Below, one piece after another: positions 19,011 through 25,956 of a DNA stretch of 64,000 bases. The DNA is from Halorutilales archaeon Cl-col2-1 (GTDB taxonomy: Archaea; Halobacteriota; Halobacteria; Halobacteriales; Afararchaeaceae). Position numbers and translations under genes: made by a program. The stretch lies in NCBI GenBank assembly GCA_041891055.1, contig CP169074.1:960001-1024000 (forward strand), in the 5' to 3' direction. Below the pieces are notes generated by a model. It was given only the letters and a program-made list of their open reading frames with translations, ran no database searches and had not been told where the DNA came from. How positions within the stretch are numbered: the stretch's first letter is position 1; every line of letters starts with the position of its first letter.

Positions 19011-19418
19011 ATGGAGGAGTACCGCAGTCATTCACATTCGGTTAGTTCTTGCAAGTATCACTTCGTGTGGTGTCCCAAGTACCGCCACCCTGTTCTCGAT
19101 GTAGTGGAGGACGATGTGCGAGAGTTGTTTGGTGAGACTGCCGACCACTTCGGTCACGAAATTCTGGCGTTGGAGATTGCGGACGACCACGTACACCTGT
19201 TCGTGCAAACAGACCCGAAGCACAGTCCAGCGGATATTGCTCGGCAGTTCAAGTCTTACTCTGGCAAGCATTTGCTGGAGCGGCATCCCGAGATTCGGGA
19301 GGCGTATTTCTGGGGTGGCGGATTTTGGAAGGTTGGCTACTACGTGGGTACGACGGGAGCGGTGTCGGAGGAAGTGGTTGAACGGTATATCGAAGAGACG
19401 GAACATGTCCCGGAGTGA
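19011..19418 (+). CDS. tnpA: IS200-family HUH (Y1) transposase
   Basis: YHFVWCPKYR, DHVHLF, FW..GYY, YIE. Confidence 0.96.
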   Translation: MEEYRSHSHSVSSCKYHFVWCPKYRHPVLDVVEDDVRELFGETADHFGHEILALEIADDHVHLFVQTDPKHSPADIARQFKSYSGKHLLERHPEIREAYFWGGGFWKVGYYVGTTGAVSEEVVERYIEETEHVPE

Positions 19419-19440
19419 CGCGCTTCACCCCCGCCCACGG

Positions 19441-19586
19441 TGTTGACGCAAATCGAAGATTTGCGAAAGTCCCGAGATCTCCGATCTCGTGTGCTCGCTA
19501 ATCGGAGATTAGCGAAAGTTGTTAGATCTCCGATCTAACAGCCCGTGAATCTATGATTCACGAAGCCGAAAACCTGCGGTTTTCGG
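19441..19586. repeat. Array of six triloop hairpins inside the IS left-end stem
   Basis: CGCAAATC-GAA-GATTTGCG, CGAGATC-TCC-GATCTCG, TCGCTAATC-GGA-GATTAGCGA, TGTTAGATC-TCC-GATCTAACA, CGTGAATC-TAT-GATTCACG, CCGAAAACC-TGC-GGTTTTCGG. Confidence 0.93.
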
Positions 19587-19637
19587 AAGGGCGGGGAACT
19601 CGCGCTGCTTTTCGTTTAGACCTCCCACAACTGTTTT

Positions 19638-19660
19638 GTATACATATACGTATACATATA
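19638..19660. promoter_or_regulatory. Tandem GTATACATATA boxes, candidate vapBC autoregulatory operator
   Basis: Two 11-nt direct repeats, each with a GTATAC palindrome, immediately before the vapB ATG. Confidence 0.5.
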
Positions 19661-19661
19661 T

Positions 19662-19886
19662 ATGACAACGATACGGGTGTCCGAGGAAACTAAGAAACGC
19701 CTCGAAATGGAGAAAAGAGAGAACGAAAGCTTCGATGACGTCATACTACGACTGACAGACAGGGATAAATGGCAAGGCTTCGGTGCCCTAGAAGGAGGAA
19801 AAGACAGTAAGGAAGGGATGCAGAAGGTTCGAGAGGAGTTTAGCGAGGAGATGGACAGGGATGTAGAAGAGATGGAACAAGAGTAG
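19662..19886 (+). CDS. vapB: VapB-type antitoxin
   Basis: TTIRVSEETKKRL...KRENESFDDVILRL. Confidence 0.85.
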   Translation: MTTIRVSEETKKRLEMEKRENESFDDVILRLTDRDKWQGFGALEGGKDSKEGMQKVREEFSEEMDRDVEEMEQE

Positions 19887-19892
19887 AGTAGT

Positions 19893-20297
19893 ATGATCTG
19901 TCTGGATAATAACCTCCTGAGCGACTACCTAGATGGAAAAGAAGAAGCCCGAAAGTTTTTGAAGGAGTATGAATCCGAGCCCTGGGCTGTATCGAACATC
20001 GTGGTTTTTGAAGCCTACATGGGCGTTGTCCACGGATATATCGACGGAGACGTTGAAACTATCCGACAGGCAATAAAGTCCTCTATGGCGATCCTAGAGG
20101 TAACAGAAAGAACGGTTAATGAGGCTGTGGAGATCCAGAAAGAGCTTAGAAAGAAGGGGCACACTCTTGAGAAACCGGACTCCCTAATCGTAGCCAACGC
20201 TAGAGAGCATGGAGGGAGATTCGCTACAGCGGAGAAGCAGTTCTGGAATGATGATGTCAAAGAAGTGGTAGATGTGGTAAGATACGACGATCAGTAA
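19893..20297 (+). CDS. vapC: PIN-domain toxin VapC
   Basis: LDNN, E, DSLIVANA, T acidic PIN pattern downstream of vapB. Confidence 0.88.
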   Translation: MICLDNNLLSDYLDGKEEARKFLKEYESEPWAVSNIVVFEAYMGVVHGYIDGDVETIRQAIKSSMAILEVTERTVNEAVEIQKELRKKGHTLEKPDSLIVANAREHGGRFATAEKQFWNDDVKEVVDVVRYDDQ

Positions 20298-20465
20298 GCC
20301 ATCTAACTCCAAGACGAGTATCTCCGGGTCTTTAACACATCCCACAGAGAGTGACACAGCCACAGCTACGCGTCTGTGTGAGTGTAAGTCTGGGTTATCT
20401 TCTCAAAGAATAAAGAAAGGCTGTCTGTGTGTCTGTTCTAAGACCTACTCAGAGTAAGCGTGTGC

Positions 20466-23400
20466 TTACTCCTTTCTTCTGAGAGCTATGAGACCAGCGC
20501 CGATGAGGGCGATCAGAGTCGCTGCGACTCCGAATCCAGGCTGTCCCTGTCCGCCGCTCTCGGCTTCCTCAAGCTGGCTCTGGAGGTCGCTGTTCTCCTG
20601 CTCAAGCGTGTCGACCTGCGAGCTGAGGTTCTCGTTCTCCGACTGCGCGTCCTCAAGCTGCGTGTTGAGCTCCTCGTTCTGCGTCTCAAGCTCGTCTACC
20701 TGCGTGCTGAGCTCCTCGTTCTCGGTCTGGAGCTCCTCTACGTTGCTCTGGAGCTGACTGACTCTGTCTGCGAGTGTCGGCTTGTCAGAGAGCATCGCGT
20801 CGTTGCGCTCTCCTTCCGCGACTATCTCAACTGTGACTACGTCAGTGTTGTCTCCGTCGTCTGCTTCGATCTCGTAGGTTCCGGGCTCAAGTCCCGTTGT
20901 GTCTACCGAGACCGACCAGACTCCGCTCTCCATCGACCACTCGTCTGTGGTCTGGACGGGCATCTCGTTCATGCTAGGTCCGGAGACCGACTCAACACTT
21001 ATCGTGTTGTCGTCAGGTCTGAGGTTCGTCGTTCCGCGTACCATCATCGTCTCTCCTGCCTCTATCGGGACGATTCCCGTAATGTTGGAGTGCGACGACG
21101 GCACTACGTCGTTGATCGACGTACTCGAATCTGTGTAACGGAACGAGTCAGTGACTATGAGGTCGTCACTTCCGGTGTCCTCTGTCGTCTTCGAGAGGAG
21201 TATATCTAGAACCTGATCGTGGTTCTTGTTGGCTAACCCTAGACCTATATTCTTAGTTATATCGTAAGCTAGTGCACCGGCATCACCTGCTACGCTGTCT
21301 CCGTACTCACCGTCTCTGCCGGGGGCAACTGCGAAGATTGTGACATCGCCTTGACTTATGTCACCGAAGTCTCCCCAGTCCTCTTCTTCTATCTCGTAGT
21401 CGCTGTCAGTGGATATATCATCAGCGTAGACATTACCTCTCTCGTCAACCATCACTACTGCGACAGCCTCGGTTCCGAGAGCTTCACCAGTTATGTCTAT
21501 CGCGGAGTCTGTAGCCACCTGTCCGTTGACAGTGTGGAAGGTCGCCGAGAGACTGGGCTCGACAGTGCGTATCGAGCGCTGATTGGATGTTCCCTGGTTG
21601 AAGTCACTCGTGTCAAGCTCCGTCGCGTAGTCAGTACCGCCTTCAGTGACGAAGCCAGTTGAATCGGTAGTTCCGTCATCGTCAGTGACTGCAGCTCTCG
21701 AAGTGTCCTGCTTATCTATGATTCCTATTCTGTAGGTTCCTGAAATGCTGAGTATGTCACTACGGGCATCCAGCGCGACATCTTCTTCCTCCCACGTTCC
21801 GTCGGACTCAACCGTGTCAGTAAGTACACGTTGCCAGTCGCCTTCGTCTCTGACGTAGACTGCGACGTCATCGAGTCCCTGCGACGCTGTTCCGTTGAGG
21901 TCAACTTCGGAGCCTATCACGTACGTCGCTCCGGGGTTGTCTATAGTTACCTGTGCTTCCTCGACATTGAGCGTCTTGTCGTCTTCGTCGTCAGTAGCGA
22001 GGTCTATGGTACCGTCCGTAAGATCGTGGTACGCTGCGTTTATCGCTGCGCTAGATGTACTGTAGTCGTTTGCCGCGACTGTGCTCTCGTAGAGGTAGAC
22101 ATCAACCGACGTGTCGTCGAGATCCTGCGTGTCTATTCTTCCCGTAGCTACTCCTGTGGAGTCGTCTACCTCAACCATCGCAACTACGTAACCGTCCACA
22201 CGTCTGATATCCAGCGTGTCTCCAACATTACGGAAGACTCCGAGGGGATCGTTAGATCCAGCACTCGTGTCGACCGAGTCACGTAGGTCGTCTTCGTCTA
22301 TCGCGACTGCGTGGTAAAGACCCGCGTCAGACGCTCTGACAGTGTAGTCGACACGCTCTCCCTGTGTCGCACTGTCTTCTTCAAGCTCTAGGTACGGATC
22401 TTCCTGCGACGTTATTGATATCGTCGCTGTCCTTGTCGCGTCTCCGAAGTCAAGGCTGTCGACTCCGGCTACTTCTATCGTGTACTCTCCTGCTTCGAGA
22501 TCTCCTGTGTTTATCTCCCAGCGGTTACCTAAGTTATCATTAACCGTTCCTCCACTACGTGTGTCGGACTGACCCGTAGCTAGTGCTTCTCCGGTAACCT
22601 CTGTTCCCGTCGAGTCCATTACGCTGAGCTCGACGTCCTCTGCGGAGTCGTAGTTCCACGTCGTGCTGACGTAGAGATTTGTTCCTTCCTGGACTTCACT
22701 TCCTGCGACTCCCTGTCCCTGCTCGTTGTCAACATCCATCGACACTATGCGGGGCGTCGAGACTGTGACCCTACCGCCACCGTAGACTCCAGTCTCCTGG
22801 TTCTGCGGTATCGTGCCTACAAGGTCAAGCTGCTGTCCCTCGGCTCCTGAGTTCTCGTCTCCTGTGAGCGTGTTGGGTACGCTACCTGCACTGTTTACCC
22901 AGTGGACGTCATCTTCTCCCTGGTAGACTGTCGGGTTGTTCGCGAGGTCTATTGTTCCGCCGGGGTTGCCGTTTGCGTTATCTGTCGAATCCTGTGTCTT
23001 ACGGATTTCAGATGGCGTAGTCGGGGGTGTAGAACCACCAACTACAGTGTAAGTTGCAGAGGAAGCCGTTCCTCCGCCGAGTTCGACATCAACGGAACCG
23101 GTGTCACTGTCGGACTGTCCCGACAGGTCGGCTACTACCGTATACGTCGCGTCGGTACCACTTCCTGATGTGATATTGACGAACTGAACCTTCTCGTCGG
23201 TTCCGTCACCGTCAGTATCGTACAGGGTCACAAAATCGTCCTGTCCAGTGTCTGTCGGCGATACATCTACGTCAAAGTTGCTCTCTCCAAGCGTCACATT
23301 CGTCGCTCCGCTACCAACATTCGAAACCGTCACATCTATCGATACCCTGTCATCCAGACCGTCTCCATCCTGGTCGGAGAGGGTCGGATCAATATTATCA

Positions 23401-23495
23401 ACACTCTGTGCCGCTGCGGGCGCTGCAAACGCCGTCACCGACACAGCCACTACGAGTGCTATAAACATCGCAGTGATTCTGTTTTTCCTATTCAT
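20466..23495 (-). CDS. csg: Major cell-surface (S-layer) glycoprotein with PGF-CTERM anchor
   Basis: Sec signal, acidic Ig-like repeats (VYQGE, GTTNLRPDDNTISVE, PGTYEIEADDG), C-terminal QPGF-TM-LRRKE; structured leader and SD. Confidence 0.9.
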   Translation of the reverse strand: MNRKNRITAMFIALVVAVSVTAFAAPAAAQSVDNIDPTLSDQDGDGLDDRVSIDVTVSNVGSGATNVTLGESNFDVDVSPTDTGQDDFVTLYDTDGDGTDEKVQFVNITSGSGTDATYTVVADLSGQSDSDTGSVDVELGGGTASSATYTVVGGSTPPTTPSEIRKTQDSTDNANGNPGGTIDLANNPTVYQGEDDVHWVNSAGSVPNTLTGDENSGAEGQQLDLVGTIPQNQETGVYGGGRVTVSTPRIVSMDVDNEQGQGVAGSEVQEGTNLYVSTTWNYDSAEDVELSVMDSTGTEVTGEALATGQSDTRSGGTVNDNLGNRWEINTGDLEAGEYTIEVAGVDSLDFGDATRTATISITSQEDPYLELEEDSATQGERVDYTVRASDAGLYHAVAIDEDDLRDSVDTSAGSNDPLGVFRNVGDTLDIRRVDGYVVAMVEVDDSTGVATGRIDTQDLDDTSVDVYLYESTVAANDYSTSSAAINAAYHDLTDGTIDLATDDEDDKTLNVEEAQVTIDNPGATYVIGSEVDLNGTASQGLDDVAVYVRDEGDWQRVLTDTVESDGTWEEEDVALDARSDILSISGTYRIGIIDKQDTSRAAVTDDDGTTDSTGFVTEGGTDYATELDTSDFNQGTSNQRSIRTVEPSLSATFHTVNGQVATDSAIDITGEALGTEAVAVVMVDERGNVYADDISTDSDYEIEEEDWGDFGDISQGDVTIFAVAPGRDGEYGDSVAGDAGALAYDITKNIGLGLANKNHDQVLDILLSKTTEDTGSDDLIVTDSFRYTDSSTSINDVVPSSHSNITGIVPIEAGETMMVRGTTNLRPDDNTISVESVSGPSMNEMPVQTTDEWSMESGVWSVSVDTTGLEPGTYEIEADDGDNTDVVTVEIVAEGERNDAMLSDKPTLADRVSQLQSNVEELQTENEELSTQVDELETQNEELNTQLEDAQSENENLSSQVDTLEQENSDLQSQLEEAESGGQGQPGFGVAATLIALIGAGLIALRRKE

Positions 23496-23507
23496 GTTTT
23501 GTTTCAC

Positions 23508-23629
23508 CTGTTTCGGACGTTATGTCCGAACCCTCGGTTAGCCAAGATGGGCTCCGGTGAAAGGAGCCATAGACCTATGGCTAACTGGGTTCACGGTGAA
23601 AGAATACTCTGGACATCTTAAATACTTTC
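23508..23629 (-). promoter_or_regulatory. csg BRE/TATA promoter and structured 5' UTR
   Basis: Minus strand GAAAGTATTTAAG (23617-23629); stems GTTAGCCA/TGGCTAAC, GGCTCC/GGAGCC, TTCGGAC/GTCCGAA; AGGTGA SD just downstream. Confidence 0.7.
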
Positions 23630-23714
23630 TGTTAAAACGTCAGACGGGCGTCAGATGAGAAAATCAGTATATCTGGAGAAAAATGTTCATGAATAAGAGT
23701 ACACGTAGTTACAG

Positions 23715-24923
23715 TTAGTTCCGTGCTCGGTTCCAGTCTATTATAGACTGTATTATCTGCGTGCGTGAGTACTGCTTCCCGCCAATCTCTCCGTTATTTT
23801 TGTTCCACTCGATAATTCTTTGGACGACTGTATTTCTGTTAGTAGGTCTATTGCTTTGGGTTGCAAACGGATTATTTGATTCGAGGGATCCAGTGTTATT
23901 CTCGACTGTGTAAGTCTCAGATAACATCTCACCACTTCCTAGTTCAACATTAACAGATCCGGTTTCTCCATCTGCTTGATTAGAGAGATTAGCTATAACG
24001 GTGTATGTACCGCTAGCAGTACCGACTTCGACGAACTGAACCTTCTCGTTGGTTCCGTCACCGTCAGTATCAAACGTACTCACAAACTGCGCTTGGTTCC
24101 CGTCAGTGGTGTCTGTCGGCGATATATCTACGTCAAAGTTGCTCTCTCCAAGCGTCACATTCGTCTCTCCGCTACTCGCCTCTGATACGGTACTATCCAC
24201 GACTATCTGATCATCTAGACCATCTCCATCTGTGTCTGACAAAGTTGTCCGTATATTCTCTATGCCCGTGTCATCTCCTGAACTACCACTAACTGCTGTA
24301 CTGAGGTTAAACCGAAGATTAACATTTGCCGGATAGAACCCTGGCTGGGTGTTATTGTTCGCAATAAGATACTGACTGTCAGTCTGCGAACCGGTACCAC
24401 AGTAGCCACTCGTAGAACAGTCAGTCCCATCTTGGTAGATAAACGGAATGACCTCCATCTCAACACCATTCGACATGAATGTTTCTCCGACCGAGTACTC
24501 CGACTGATTAGGAGTTAGAGTGTCGAATGTCACATTTGAACTCGGATTAGTCTTTGATCCAAACTCAACATTATCTATCACCATTTCTTGACCACCAACG
24601 CTGAAGGATCCGATGTCACCAGTAACCTCAACGGTTCCTCGTTCACCAGTATCTGTACTATCCTGAGTCACATCTACAGAAGCACCACCTACATCCCTAC
24701 TGTTAACTCCATCAGGCGGACTCTCAGCGAAAGATGAGATATTATAGACACGATCCCCATTCACCTCGATATTGAGATTCCCTCCACCTTGGTAATAGTC
24801 GAACGCAATCCTCTCGACAGATGTGTTGTTACTATCCTGTGCCGCGACAGTTCCAACGCCCGACGAAAGAACGATTGCTGTGACAAAAGCAGCTATAAGA
24901 ATGGTTTTCGTACTATCTATCAT
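23715..24923 (-). CDS. Secreted protein: beta domain + shared domain X + C-terminal WN module
   Basis: Sec signal ending TVAA-Q; domain homologous to the Csg N-terminus; no TM anchor; start ATG 24923. Confidence 0.8.
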   Translation of the reverse strand: MIDSTKTILIAAFVTAIVLSSGVGTVAAQDSNNTSVERIAFDYYQGGGNLNIEVNGDRVYNISSFAESPPDGVNSRDVGGASVDVTQDSTDTGERGTVEVTGDIGSFSVGGQEMVIDNVEFGSKTNPSSNVTFDTLTPNQSEYSVGETFMSNGVEMEVIPFIYQDGTDCSTSGYCGTGSQTDSQYLIANNNTQPGFYPANVNLRFNLSTAVSGSSGDDTGIENIRTTLSDTDGDGLDDQIVVDSTVSEASSGETNVTLGESNFDVDISPTDTTDGNQAQFVSTFDTDGDGTNEKVQFVEVGTASGTYTVIANLSNQADGETGSVNVELGSGEMLSETYTVENNTGSLESNNPFATQSNRPTNRNTVVQRIIEWNKNNGEIGGKQYSRTQIIQSIIDWNRARN

Positions 24924-25035
24924 ACAGAATATAATATTATTCCAGACAAATATATCTAACCCAGTCAGATCAGACAGCCAGAAGATTGGTTTATTAAGCG
25001 ATCTTCGCCGTGCTTTGGTAGCGTTGTGCTCGGAG

Positions 25036-25845
25036 CTACTTTGCTGTATTCCACTCAACTATGTAGCTGATTATGTCACTACGCGAATACTGTGTACCAT
25101 TAATTACGCCGTTATTAGTATTCCACTCGACAATCCTAGAAATTACGTTTGTCCTACTCTCTGGGGCTCCATTCTCATCCATAAATGGATTACTCGACTG
25201 AGGCAGTGAATCAGGAAGATAAGAGCTAAATACCTTGGCTAGCTCGAAGTCAAACTTGTCCAGACCTTGAATTATGTCCTGATCTATAGCACTGACGTTT
25301 GAGTTTTTCAAGTCATTGCCACTGACATAGTCCTGGGCATCCTGTTGGTTGCCGAATGGAACAGGATTTTCTCCCATAGGAATGACCGACGGATCGAGGT
25401 TGTTACTGTTATTGTCAAGGACAAAGTAAGAGTCGAAGGCATCTATATAATCTCCATCAGTATAGTCATGCACCCATGCTGCCTCTACCGTCTCATGACT
25501 CTGTGCGGAATTATTGAATTTCTCAGATGTAGGATATACGTAGTATGCAGTCAGACACGCCGGAGAGCAGAAGTAACGTCTGTCTTCGCTTGCAGTTACT
25601 AGTTGCGCGTTACCCTGTTCAAAGTTCTTGACTTTCATCCCGCAGACTTCACAGGAAGTCCCCTCAGGGATATCTTCTGTGAGTATAGGATCATACGAGG
25701 TTGTCTGAGCCCGGGATTTCCGGACAGGTAGTCCAAGAAGTGCTGTTACTGCTCCGGCTGCTCCCGCCGCCATCGCTGATCGACGTGATAATCTTGGAAC
25801 ATCCTTATCTGAAACCTCACGTTTGTCGTGGTCACGATCCTTCAT
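25036..25845 (-). CDS. nosL: Tat-exported NosL-family copper-binding protein with C-terminal WN module
   Basis: SRRSAM twin-arginine signal, CEVCGM, FCSPACL, WVHDY, PMG..PVPF. Confidence 0.85.
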   Translation of the reverse strand: MKDRDHDKREVSDKDVPRLSRRSAMAAGAAGAVTALLGLPVRKSRAQTTSYDPILTEDIPEGTSCEVCGMKVKNFEQGNAQLVTASEDRRYFCSPACLTAYYVYPTSEKFNNSAQSHETVEAAWVHDYTDGDYIDAFDSYFVLDNNSNNLDPSVIPMGENPVPFGNQQDAQDYVSGNDLKNSNVSAIDQDIIQGLDKFDFELAKVFSSYLPDSLPQSSNPFMDENGAPESRTNVISRIVEWNTNNGVINGTQYSRSDIISYIVEWNTAK

Positions 25846-25956
25846 ACATATAGAATATAGGAGAAAAATAATATTATTTCTGGTATAATACCTGAATTAT
25901 TTTAGTATAAAAGTCGAATATGAGCACAAGTATGAGACAAGGTAGCTAGAATTAAC

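Larger units (their letters stand above)
17618..19619. mobile_element. IS605-type element with divergent tnpA/tnpB
   Basis: Right-end hairpin CCTCGGGC-N6-GCCCGAGG at 17626-17647, ending TTTAC on the minus strand; left-end stem CCCCGCCC 19429-19436 / GGGCGGGG 19589-19596; outer left boundary approximate. Confidence 0.88.

Noticed and set aside
19441-19586. Regularly spaced palindromes (also 57210-57343, 58735-58937) as a CRISPR array
   Set aside because: No identical direct repeats, linkers mostly 3-8 nt, no cas genes or leader; reported as hairpin insertions instead
19429-19596. Model in which inserts always land at C^GAAG of a target triloop
   Set aside because: Fits three sites (19436, 40830, 56121 region) but not the others; short direct-repeat boundaries explain more sites. 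Unresolved without empty alleles
16800-20300. TA-IS-TA block as a provirus or integrative element
   Set aside because: No integrase, att repeats, tRNA target or viral genes visible
23734-23750. Palindrome CAGTCTA-TTA-TAGACTG (also at about 25976-25992) as a hairpin insertion
   Set aside because: Encodes the conserved QSIIDW of the WN module, lacks the C-G loop closure and has no partner hairpin
25036-25845. nosL as evidence of a denitrification cluster
   Set aside because: No nosZ, nosD, nosF or nosY in the window
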